DNA of 64,000 nt from Leucoraja erinacea (Eukaryota): assembly GCF_028641065.1 (NCBI RefSeq), contig NC_073377.1:144770001-144834000 (forward strand), in the 5' to 3' direction. The notes under the pieces were generated by a model that saw nothing but the letters and a program-made list of their open reading frames with translations, ran no database searches and had not been told where the DNA came from. Below, one piece after another: positions 1 through 11,289 of the stretch. The stretch's first letter is position 1. Every line of letters begins with the position of its first letter. The translations under genes were made by a program, and so were the position numbers.

Positions 1-460
1 GACCTACCTGATCTCCTTGTTGCCAACACTTTAATTCCCCTTCCCATTCCCACACTGACATTTCTGTCCTGGGCTTCTTCCATTGTCAGAGTGAGGCCAA
101 ATGCAAATTAAAGGAACAGTACCTCAAATTTAGCTTAAACAGTTTACAACCCAACCGTACGAATATTGATTTCTCTAACTTGAAGTAACCCGGGCATTCC
201 CTGTCTCTCCATCCCGCCCCCACCCAAGTTGCACCAGCTTCCTGTTTTCACTCAGCAAAGCTAACAATGGCCTGGTCCCTTTACCATCATTACTTTTTTG
301 CATATCTTTCATTCATTGTTCTATATCTCTCTACATCATCGTCTATATCTCTTGTTTCCCGTCACTTTCAGTCTGAAGAAGGGTCTCGACCTGAAACTTC
401 ACCCATTCCTTCTCTCCGGGGATGCTGCCTGTCCTGCTGAGTTACTCCAACTTTTTGTTG
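1..460 (+). mobile_element. Penelope-like element 3' fragment (GIY-YIG C-terminus plus pseudo-LTR)
   Basis: 1-188 translates, with a frameshift, to VA.HFNSPSHSHTDISVLG...KLKEQYL.F.L.SLQP...NIDFSN*, typical of PLE GIY-YIG C-termini. It is followed by the pLTR motif CTGAAGAAGGGTCTCGACCTGAAAC at ~373-397. Confidence 0.8.
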
Positions 461-1874
461 AACAGAATAAAGAAGATATGTGTAACATTTAGTACAACAT
501 TTTGCACACCTAGATACAAATTGCTTTAGAAAACTGTATTAACATCCCAAATTCTATATTGATCCAAAATGTGCCATTCTTTAAATATCTTTAAAAACAT
601 GAAATGTTTAAATATATTTTGCCTGAAGTGCTTTTCTCTTCACTTGCTGTCTGAATACACATAGTTTTCTGTAATGCTATTTTCCAACAATTGTAATCCA
701 TTTGGAAACAGACGAGCAGGTTCAATAAAGAGAGCAGGGCAAAGGAAGAATCGTTTCCCTTGCAAACAAAAATGGCAAGGGAATCTGAAAGACCCCAATA
801 TTTGAGGCATAAATTTAGCAGAACCAAATAAACCTATAATCACTGCAGATCAACCAAATGGAAATCAAAGGCGAATATTTCTCATTGTACTCATGATGAA
901 AACCACTGCAGATTTATCACATCTGTGGTTGAAGGAGTGATAGAGCAAGAAAATCAAAAGGGAAATACATGCCCAGGTAACAAATAGGTTAAATGCAGTA
1001 AATTAAACAAAGTGCACGGGTTTTTGTAGTCTCTTGAGGATAGATTTGAGAAGTGTTTCTCTGTCAATTAGATGATACCAATTGGGAATTACAAACATCG
1101 GACAAAACATGAATAATTTCCTTGGGGATTTTTGTATTTTTCTGAGATTAGACCAGGGTATATCATTGAAGTAACATTAGCAGAATATCATTTTAACCTG
1201 GAGATGTAAACTATTAAGGAATTTCTTACCTACATTGCCCATATTAGCAACTTACTAGTTTTATTGTTAATTATAGGTATACAAAGCAGTTGAAAACCTA
1301 TGTCGTGCACGAAGTCTCTTGGGGTTCAGCAGTTGCTAAGCATTAAACAGAGGAAATGCAGAACCTGTTATTGCAACATGCAAGGAATTTCCGGCTGAAC
1401 TTGTCTTGACATGACATGGGCAAGAGGAAAATAGGAACCTTTTCCTCTAAAAACATATGATTGGACATATACACAATTCTCAGTAGGATTTAGTTATTTA
1501 AACTAGAATCTTATTTTATTCATACTTTCTTATATTTACATGAACATAAATATGAAGTAACCAATAATCCATATGAAAAGGAACATTAAAATATACATCT
1601 ATACTTCACCTATAGATATAACATTGATAATCCACTTAAAAGTCCTGCATTTCGCAACACTGCTTGTACAAGTGAATGAATGCAGATCAACGACGTATGT
1701 TACGATTAGGTTCTTCATATTTTCCAGTTTTTTTTAATTGATATTTCAGGATGTGGACATCTTTGCCATGGCCAGCATTTATTCTTAACTGCCTCTGAGA
1801 AGGTTTAAGAATGTAAAGAGCAGAGGAAATAAGAAGCACTGTGACTGTGGGGTGAAGGAGACAGGGGAAACGAA

Positions 1875-2440
1875 TGAGAGGCACATGGAGAGTCGGGGTC
1901 GGGTCGTGGCTATCCCTCGAGATCGAGGATGATTGTCCACGTTCTGTTGTTTTTATGGATTCTCAGGTGGTTTATGAGCCCAATCCTGGCTTTGAAAGTT
2001 CTTCAGCATTCAGGACAGGTAATTCCAGACGCCAAATCGGGCTTTGGTTGTTGCTCCCTCTCTTTCCGTTTTCTTGTCTTTTCTTCTAATTCTGCGCATC
2101 TCTTGGCTTCAAAGGTCGCTGTTCCTTCATGGATGATGGTTCGCCAGAGTTTCCTGTTCTTGGCATTGGTTTCCCACATGTCGATGTTGATTTCACATTT
2201 CTTCATGCTGGCTTTTAAGGCGTCTTTGAATCTCTTCTTTTGCCCGTCTCTTTTATGTTTGCCTTCTTTAAGCTGGGAGTAGAAGGTTTGCTTTGGTAGA
2301 TGCTCATCTTCCATCCAAATAACATGACCGACCCATCTTAGTTGGTTCTTGATGACAAAGGCTTCAATGCTAGATGTTTTTGCTTCATTGCCAGCTGATA
2401 TTTAAGCTGCTTAGAAGACAAATTTTTCAAGTGTTTTCAG
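1875..2440 (-). mobile_element. RTE/BovB-like LINE 3' fragment
   Basis: Minus frame reads QLRWVGHV.WMEDEHLPKQTFYSQLKEGKHKRDGQKKRFKDALK...W...AKNRKLWR, followed by a decayed CPEC..H..H zinc knuckle. These are RTE-clade ORF C-terminal motifs. Confidence 0.85.
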
Positions 2441-2869
2441 ATGGTGTCGGTATGTTGTCCAGGTTTCTGATACATAGAGGAGCTTTGGAATCACCACTGG
2501 ATTGTAAGAGAGACGTGGATGGGGATAGGGAAGAAGACATGCCAGGCAACAGAGACAAGACAAAGGAGAAAGGCATAGAGAAAGAGGCAAATAATTTCAC
2601 CATTGTGTTTCCATCATAACTGACAGTATGCATTGCAGATTTCAATCACCCATTAGATAGAAAAAAATCCTCATGTCAACATGAATTATCCTCCCCTTTC
2701 TTGTATACCTATAACCTCTTCTCTTCCACCCCTCCACTCCTATCACAAGCATCTTGCTATTACAGACACCGTATCATTTTACATACTTCTCTCAGAAGTA
2801 TCTCACCCTTCTCTTCTTTAAGCAACCTCCTTGAAAAGCTTGACAATCATCCCCCAATAGCCAATCTTG

Positions 2870-4510
2870 TAGATAGGCACAAAAAGCAGGAGTAAACAGC
2901 GGGTCAGACAGCATTTCTGGAGAAAAGGAATAGGTGAAGTTTCAGGTCGAGACCCTTCTTCACACTGAGAGTTACGGGAAAGGGAAATGGGAGATATAGA
3001 CGATGATAGAGAGAAATATAGAACAAATGAATGAAAGATGTGCAAAGATTAACGGCCATCAAGGAAAGGTGAAGCCCACAATGGTCCATTGTTGGCTGTG
3101 GGCTAGGGGTAGGTGATAATGAGATACAGACAGTGAAACTCAACAGGACGACAGTGAAGCTAGTACAACATGTAAAGTGGGGGAGGGATGGAGAAGGAGT
3201 GGATGCAAGAGCTACTTGAAGTTAATGAAATCAATATTCATACCGCTGGGTTATAAGCTGCTCAAGCAAATTATGAGGTGCTGTTCCTGCAATTTGTGTT
3301 TGGCGTCACTCTGACAATGGAGGACGTCCTGGACACAAAGGTCAGTGTGGAAATGGGAAGGAGATTTAAAGTGTGTGGCGACAGGGAGATCATGTAGGCC
3401 AAGGCAGACTGAGCAAAGGTGTTCAGCGAAACAATTGCCCAGTCTGCATTTGGTCTCGCCGATGTAAAGGAGTCCACACATGAAACAGCGGCTACAATAG
3501 ATGAGGTTGGAGAGGGTGCAAGTGAACCTCTGCCTCACCTGAAAGATGGTCGGGGTCCCTGGACAAATTTGAGGGAAGAGATGTAGGGACCGGTGTTGCA
3601 TCTCCTGCAGTTGCAGGGAAAGGTGCCTGGGGAGGAGGTGGTTTGGGTGGGAAGCGATAAGCTAATCAGGGAGTTGTGGAGGGACCAGTCTCTGCGGAAG
3701 GCGGAAAGGAGTGGAGATGCAACTAGTTTTGGGATCCCATTGGAAGGGGCAAAAATGTAGGAGGATTATGTGCTGTATGCATGGCTGATGGGTGGGGGTG
3801 GAAGGTGAGGACAAGGGATGCACTGTCCCTGTTATGACTGGGGTGAGGGGTAGCAAGAGCAGAGCTGCTGGGTACAGAAGAGACATGTATGAGGGCATCA
3901 TCTATAAAAAAAAAAGGGGGGGAACCCTGTTCCCTAAAGAATGAGGGCATCTTGGATGTCTTGGTATGGAACACCTCACCTTGGGCGCAGATGTAACGTA
4001 GACGGAGGAATTGTGAGCAGGGGATAAAGTTTTTGCAGGAGGCAGGATGGGAAGAAGTATAGTGTAGATAGTTGTGGAAGTCAGTAGGTTTATAATAGAC
4101 GTCAGTCGATAGCTTATCTCCTGTGACGGAGAAGGTGAGATCAAGAAAGGGGAGGGAGATTGTCCAAGTGAATTTGGGTACTGGATGGAAATTGGTAGTT
4201 AATGAAGTTAATGAAGTCATGAGTTCTGCATGGGTGCAGGAGATAGCCCCGATGCAGTCGTCAATGTAGCGGAGGTATAGAGTTCAAGACAGGGCCAGTG
4301 TACGCCTGGAACAGGGATTGTTTGACATAACCTACAAAGAGGCAGGCGTAGCTGGGGCATATGCGAGTGCCCATAGCTATGCCTTTGATTTGGAGGAAGT
4401 GAGGGGATTCGAAGGATAAGTTGATGAGAGTGGGGACCAGCTCCACTATGTGGAGGAGAGTGTTGGTAGAGGGAAATTGGCTAGTCCTGCGGTCGAGGAA
4501 GAAACCTAGG
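2870..4510 (-). mobile_element. Penelope-like retroelement, 5'-truncated and degenerate (RT + GIY-YIG + pLTR)
   Basis: RT motifs QIKGIAMGT..PSYACLF (4261-4446) and TDVYYKPTD.HNYLHY.SSHP (3723-4220). GIY-YIG motif FTC..SNLIYC..C..CGLLYIGET (3251-3601). pLTR at ~2870-2970. Frameshifted. Confidence 0.93.
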
Positions 4511-4704
4511 GTTATAGGACCTTACTGGTGGGGGATGGAGCTGTAGAGTGACTGAACATCCAAGGAAGTTCACAAGACGTTCTAATCTTGTATATATTTT
4601 TAAAATAATCCACAATACCCGCACATCTTTCCTGCACTGAGGCAATCAAAATTGAACATGATACTCCAACTGATGCCGAACCACAATTGTATATAACCTG
4701 TTGA

Positions 4705-4965
4705 AACATAGAAAATAGGTGTAGGAGTAGGATATTCGGCCATTCGAGCCAGCACCGCCATTCAATATGATCATGGCTGATCATCCAGAATCAGTACCCT
4801 GTTCTGCTTTTTCACCATATCCCTTGATTACATTAGCGCTAAGAGCTAAATCTCTTTCTTGAATATATCCAATGAATTGGCCTCCAGTCCACACTGCCTT
4901 CTGTGGCAGAGAATTTCACAGATTCACAACTCTCTAGCTGAAAAAGGCTTTCCTCATCTCAGTCT
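4705..4965 (-). mobile_element. CR1 LINE 3' end
   Basis: Shares the 3' end (ATTGAATGGCGGTGCTGGCTCGAA...TTTCTATG tail) with the longer CR1 copies at 6949-7540 and 33486-34050. Confidence 0.8.
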
Positions 4966-5814
4966 GAAAGGGAATTTAAGCACACCTATCTGATCTTGAA
5001 AAATAGATCCAAATGAGCCATTCCTTCTGGCTGAAGGGTCTACATCTAAAGATTCCATTATCAAGATCAGGATAGATGAAGGGAAAAGTTTCAATTCAGC
5101 TGGTGATTTCATTCAAGGCCAAAATCGAAACACTGTTGGCGACTAGGGAAATAGGAAACCAAGGGATAGTTGAGAAGTGTTGACACTGAGCTTCACTCAT
5201 GAACTTATCAAATTGCATGCTAATGAGGCTGACTCTGGTTCCTAATTTCTGTGTGCCTATCTCACATGATCTAAAATGACATTCCATATGCTTTATAGTG
5301 CATTGATATCTTCCTGCTAAACTAAGCCATTGTAATGATTGAACAGTTTGAAGTTCTATAATTATTTTGAATGGATATTCCACTTCCTAGTTTTGATTAA
5401 TTTAGTTGTCTGAGCTCAAATGCAATCCATTTGTATTAACCAAACAAATTGCCCGAATTCAATTTGGAATGAATAGAAGTGTGCAATATAAACCAGTCTA
5501 TCTTTTAGAAAAAAAAGTTAATGCTGAGAAGCTGTAAGAAAAATTACTGTGTTGTTGACATCATCCATTGACTTAATAGAAAGAGCATATCAGGCTCTAC
5601 AACGTGACATTTATTAAAACAATGGAAGTAGTCAGAGGACTAGGTCATACCTTATGAAGGAATATCTAATAAAACAAAGCGAAGTTTCATAGTCCATGAG
5701 TAATACTTATTTTCACCCAAATGTCATCTTATTGAAGATTAATAACTGGACCTGTAGCAGATTGCAAGTGAGAAGGCAGGTTTGTCATCTAAAGAGCATT
5801 CAAAATGTCTTTGA

Positions 5815-6125
5815 GCACAGGTGTTGCAGCAGTAGAGTTGATGCCTTACAGTGCTTGCAGCGCCAGAGACGCGGGTTCGATCCCGACTACGGGTGCTGTC
5901 TGTACGGAGTTTCTACGTTCGCCCCGTGACCTGCGTGGGTTTTCTCCAAGATCTTCGGTTTCCAACCACACTCCAAAGATGTACGGGTTTGTAGATTAAT
6001 TGACTTGGTGTATGTGTAAATTGTCCCTAGTTTGTATGTAGGATAGTATCAATGTGCGGGGATCACTGGACGGCACAGGCTTGGTGTGCCGAGGGTTCTG
6101 TTACCGCGCTGAATCTCTAAAGTTA
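5815..6125 (+). mobile_element. tRNA-derived V-SINE/HE1-like SINE
   Basis: Pol III A/B-box-like head (B box GGTTCGATCCC), central GGAGTTT.TACGTTC.CCCCGTG...GTGGGTTTTCTCC domain and CTCTAAA-type tail. About 10 copies occur in the window. Confidence 0.85.
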
Positions 6126-6687
6126 ATTAAACAAAACAAAAATAAACAGTGAACGTACAAATTTAAGAATGCTTGCTTTTGTTTTTACACACTGCCCTAC
6201 CAGGAAATTTTAAATGTAATTTGCTGAGCTAATCACAATGTGGTTTGTTTTCAAAGTTCAATGTAAGTCGCCTGTAAAGTGCATTTAATATGCTAAATAA
6301 TTTATTGGTTTTATGCTTAAATTTAAATATCGATCTACCTGATGTTGCTACTGGAAAAGTCCCCATTTATTATCACTTATTATTCCATTTATTTAAAATT
6401 ACGTCAATGCTGTTTGCAGGTCAGTTACTGTTCTAAACTCTTTTACACTGGAACAATATAGTAATGTATCCATCCCACCTTTCACTTAACAGAGGCAAAA
6501 TAGGTAGCAGATGACTAAACCACTCTCAGGGGACTTGCCATGTTTACACATTTTAATGAGGCAGCCTAATTGTTTTTTTGCATGTGTTCCAGCTATAATG
6601 CAAATCAACCAGGTTTGCTAAGGCCTGGGATAACTGCAGGGATTGGTGCTTATTTCACAATGTGCTTGTGCAGGACAGATCAGGGTG

Positions 6688-6948
6688 AGTTCCCCCCGCC
6701 ACGGGTACCATGTAATCCCGTGCTACCTGCTCCACGGTCGGATAGTCGGCGACTAAACCGTCTCCCTCACCTGGTTTGCCAGGTGAGGAGGGGGCTGTGG
6801 ATCCCCAGCAGGACCAAAAACAAGACCTGTCAAAGGGCTGAGGAGCTCCTAGCGAGCCAACGGCCATCCACACTTCAGTAGGTTGCGATCGCTGTCGTAC
6901 ATAGCGTTGTAAGGCACCGTGCCCATTGATGTTTTCAACGATGATGAT
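6688..6948 (+). mobile_element. Structured GC-rich short retroposon with (GAT)n tail, possibly RTE-related
   Basis: GC-rich island with internal hairpins (CACGGG/CCCGTG; CCTCACCTGG/CCAGGTGAGG) ending in GATGATGAT. The family assignment is inference. Confidence 0.4.
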
Positions 6949-7540
6949 AGAAACATAGAAACATAGAAAATAGGTGCAGGAGGAGGCCATTCGGCCCTTC
7001 CAGCCAGCACCACCATTCATTGTGATCATAGCTGATCGTCCTCTATCAATAAACCGTGCCTGCCTTCTCCCCATATCCCTTGACTCCACTAGCCCCTAGA
7101 GCTCCATCTAACTCTCTCTTAAATCCATCCAGTGACTTGGCCTCCACTGCCCTCTGTGGCAGGGAATTCCATAAATTCACAACTCTCTGGGTGAAAACGT
7201 TTTTTCTCACCTCAGTCTTAAATGACCTCCCTTTATTCTAAGACTGTGGCCCCTGGTTCTGTACGCGCCCAACATTGGGAACATTTTTCCTGCATCTAGC
7301 TTGTCCAGTCCTTTTATAATTTTATATGTTTCTATAAGATATCCCCTCATCCTTCTAAACTCCAGTGAATACAAACCCGCTCTTTTCAATCTTTCCTCAT
7401 ATGACAGTCCCGCCATCCCAGGGATTAATTTTGTGAACCTATGCTGCACTGCCTCAATCACAAGGATGTCCTTCCTCAAATTAGGAGACCAAAACTGTAC
7501 ACAATACTCCAGATGTGGTCTCACCAGAGCCCTATACAAT
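6949..7540 (-). mobile_element. CR1 LINE 3' fragment
   Basis: Reads LYRALVRPHLEYCVQFWSP...SYEERL...LYSLEFRRMRG.LIETYKI (CR1 ORF2 end) with a (TTTCTATG)n tail. Flanked by GATGATGAT at 6940-6948 and 7543-7551, a possible TSD. Confidence 0.93.
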
Positions 7541-8330
7541 GTGATGATGATTGTGCTGGAGAATGTGGACATTCCTGTCCCAGTATTCCTGGTGTGAAGG
7601 TGTTAATCTGCCTATTAATCATGACTACTTTGGCCGCCACCAAACTGCTTAATCCCTCTGAGCCCACTCCTCCAAGTGAGAAATCTCAGCAATTCCTTTT
7701 CAAGAGATTAAACCATGTGGCTGACGGAAAAATACATGATTTCGCTGTCTTTCCCCGCAGTGCTTTATTGCCCCATCTATTCATATTGATCAGTACGGGA
7801 CATATGTGCACATATGTGCACAATTGTCTTGTTATTGTGCAACTGTACCCTGCCTCCACCATTTGTTATCATGTTATGCAGATTTGAACCTCTCTGACGT
7901 GGCCGGTGGGCAAAAAAGCCATTTGTCTGCCACATGGCTTTTAGCTCCAATACATGTCCTAACCTCATGAGGGCAAGATGCATGTAAAAACATCTTAAAT
8001 TACCACTTGTAATTTGACAGAACACTCAAGTGACATGGTATTTCTGGCTTGCTTTGAAGGTGGCCGATAGTACTCGCTGGAGATGGTATCAAAATGTGTT
8101 TAGTTTAGTGTAATTTAGAGATACAGTGCGATCGAGGGAGCTCAGCTCTTTCCACCAACTAAACAGAGAAACATTTGCAGAGTTGCAGGAAGACTGGTTT
8201 GAAACAGATCTTGATGATTGGGAAAGGAGCAGGTAAGAAGGAACTGAAGATGCTGGTTTAAACCAAAGATAGACATGAAAAGCTGGAGTAACTCAGCAGG
8301 ACAGGCAGCATTTCTGGAGAGAAGGAATGG

Positions 8331-8365
8331 GTGACGTTTCGGGTCTCGACCCTTCTTCAGACACT
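8331..8365 (-). ncRNA. Minimal type I hammerhead ribozyme motif in a Penelope pLTR copy (~8235-8365)
   Basis: Minus strand reads gtCTGAAGAa-GGGT-cgag-ACCC-GAAACGTC-ac. It has CUGANGA and GAAA boxes, stem II, a loop-less palindromic helix III (ACGT) and a GUC site. Confidence 0.65.
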
Positions 8366-9732
8366 AACTTTCTGGTCAGGTTGCCTTTTACCAAATTATT
8401 TTTATATCCTGCCTGTAGGTGTCATCCCAATTCTCCAATCAAATACATTACCAATTTTATATGTCAAGCACATCATCCACTTGATTATCATGCCAAAGTA
8501 AACAACACTGAATATTTTGTATAAAGTGTGTACAATAAACTATCAATATAAAATATGTCCTTTGCCCATCCCCTCAATGTTTGACATCAGCATGCTTTTG
8601 TCTGTGCTTGCCCAACTATGCAGTGTTTGCGAAGGTCTCCAGCTTGGTTAATGCAAAGGACAAACAATACAATCGCTCAAGGACAGTTTCAAAATCAGAC
8701 TACGCCCATCTACAACAGGATGTAGGAAGACTCTGTCATTTATCATGCTATAATCATCTTGAACTTAGTTTTCACCATCTGCCGTAACCCCAAGGTACCT
8801 CTAGGTCCTCCAGGCCTGGTCAATGCAAGCTACTTTAATTTAGTATTAGCCACTCAAAATACAGCTCTTTCAGGTTAAATTTCAACCAACGGGAGAAGTG
8901 GTCAATTCACTTTGCTGAAATCAAGATCATTCACAAACGGATGATTTTGGTGCAATGTGAATTTGTAGACTATGGGAAGATGAGCGGGGAATGGGTCCAC
9001 CTGAGTTGCAGTTGCATAGGCTCTATGGGCTTGATACTTTGAATGGCCTGTCATGCTGTAACAATTCTGCACATCTCCGCACCTAGTAAAATATGTGCAG
9101 GTTAATTGTGCATATTAGTTTCCCAACTCATATTCTGACACTATCCAATTAATGTTAAATTAAACTAACTGCTTGGATTACTAAGATTTGCAACATATCA
9201 AAATCTGTATGCCTAGTATAATCCTCCACACATGTTTGTGTGCATGATTCATTCATCAGATATATCCTTAACCCCTGATTGTCCAGCTATGTATTTATAC
9301 ATGCTGCACCTGTGCCTCTCTCCTGAGCCTTGGAAAATATATTGCCCATCTTACTCAAAAACAAAGGAGATAAAAAATATTAATACACATTATTAAAGTG
9401 CATGCTATTTTACTTAGTATGGAAACAATATCCTAGTTTCTATAGTATCTCCACATAGCAGTAAGAATAAGGGGAAGGCCATTTCGGACTGAAAACTTTC
9501 GCACCCAGTGAGTTATGAATTTGTGGAATCCTCTGCCACAGAAGGCAGTGAAGACCAATTCTGGGACACATGGCTCCACAAGTGTTTGTAATTGCCTCCT
9601 TGATGCAGGTATAAGAGAGCTCTCAGCACCAAGTCTTTCCTGCACTCTTTCCATCACCTTTGGAAACTTTTATTACTGTTTATCAACATGAGGACCAGAG
9701 TTGTGCCAATGAAAGTCAAATAAGCCATTATG

Positions 9733-10925
9733 CAGAGCTGCCAACTCTCACACGTTGAGCGTGAGAATCATGCATTTTGCCCGATTCTCATGCTCTCACG
9801 CGGATCACAAATTTCTCACGTGAGAAATTCTGTGATCAACAAAAATTTCAAAACTAATATCAACTGTTTGGGTGCACTTCTGTTGACAAGACAGCAGCAT
9901 TCTTATTCTCTGTTATTCTAACTTGACCGAACTGTCACACATCACCAAAGCATGGCCCCATGCAAATTTACATTGAAAGACAAGGACCGGGCAGTGAATG
10001 AGTGTCACCCAGCGCAGCAAGTAAGGCCATGTCCTGCTCCCTGCGCCTGTCGGAATTTAAGGATTTGCTGCGAGCGGCAGGAGAGAGGTACATGGGCCGC
10101 GGAACCGGGGGGGCTGGAAAACGACAATTTTTGGCTAGACATGTTTCAATGTCTCAAGCTTTGGACGAGGCGCTGCTGTGCTCTAAGCAACCTGGTCATG
10201 GGTGTTGGAGAGCCGGGGCTGAGGGAGGGAGGAAGGGAGGGATAGAAGCAGAACCAGCAGTAGCAGATGCAGACAGGGAGCCGGGGCTGGCGAGTGTTTG
10301 CCATGCTGGCGAGTTGCTCGCTGCAGCTCCGGCCATGGGGCAGCCTCAGTGCAAGTGTCCTGGGCTGTCGGAGGTGTTGGAAACGTTGCGCCGCTGCCGT
10401 GAGAATCTCTGCGCCCAATTCGCCCAGGTGACTGGGATGGACCAGGCTACAACTCGGTGCATCCTGGAGGGCAACCAATGGCTGCTGGAAGTAAGTACCA
10501 AGCACTGGGTAGAAGCAGTGGAAGATAGTGGCCTTCAAATGTGGGCGGTTGGAGAAAACATCCTGATTTATTGCTAGATTTATGCTTAATGTAACTGCAG
10601 GAAAAATGTTCCCGATGTTGGGGGAGTTCAGAACCAGGGGTCACAGTTTAAGAATAAGGGATAGGCCATTTAGGACTGAGATGTGAACAAACTATTTCAC
10701 CCAGATAGTTGTGAATCTGCGGAATTATCTGCCATAGTGAGCAGTGGAGGCCAATTCACTGGATGTTTTCAAGATAGAGTTTTCTTAGTGCTAACGAAAT
10801 CAAGGAATATGAGGAACAAACAGGAACGAGGCACTGATTTTAGATGAACAGACATGATAATATTGAATGGCAGTGCTGGCTCGAAGGCCGAATGGCCTAT
10901 TCCTACACCTATTTTCTATGCTTGA
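9733..10925 (+). mobile_element. Composite non-autonomous element (hAT-like CAGAG(C/T)TGCCA end + TDP2-like exon + CR1 piece), copy 1
   Basis: The terminus, internal segments and CR1 junction are shared with the inverted copy at 34236-34797. The right end is not defined. Confidence 0.7.
10389..10490 (+). pseudogene. TDP2: TDP2 exon-1-like fragment (UBA-like domain start) with splice donor
   Basis: RRCRENLCAQFAQVTGMDQATTRCILEGNQWLLE resembles recalled vertebrate TDP2 (RRLLCVEFASVASCDAAVAQCFLAENDWEME). It is followed directly by GTAAGT (10491-10496). No exon 2 (RALNS.F) was seen. Confidence 0.65.
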
Positions 10926-10989
10926 GTATATGGCAAAAAAATCGTCCACCTGATTTTGAAGCATTCATGCATGGTGGAGGTATCATGTA

Positions 10990-11215
10990 GTCCTAGAGTG
11001 ATACAGTGTGAAAACAGGCCCTTCGGCTCAACTTGCCCACACCCGCCAACATGTCCCAGCTACACTACCTGCTTTTGGTCCATATCCCTCTAAACCTGTC
11101 CTATCCATGTATCAGTCCAACTATTTCTTAAATGTTGGGATAGTCCCTGCCTCAACTACCTCCCCTGGCAGCTTGTTCCATACACCCACCACCCTTTGTG
11201 TGGAAAAAGTTGCTC
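10990..11215 (-). mobile_element. CR1 LINE 3' end (second subfamily)
   Basis: Near-identical to 24780-25095, which translates LPRVGESRIRGH.LKVKG.RF...FFTQR.V..WN.LP. Confidence 0.75.
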
Positions 11216-11289
11216 TTTAAAAGTTACGTCTTAAACATATTTCAAACAAAAAACATTGAAATCATTCTTCTACAATGCACTAAAACATG

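Noticed and set aside
5815-5895. tRNA genes at SINE heads
   Set aside because: The A/B boxes belong to SINEs and continue into SINE bodies, and no convincing cloverleaf was found.
10002-10577. 191-aa ORF as the real TDP2 gene start
   Set aside because: It reads through the splice donor, no downstream TDP2 exons were seen and a second deleted copy exists, so it is treated as a captured fragment.
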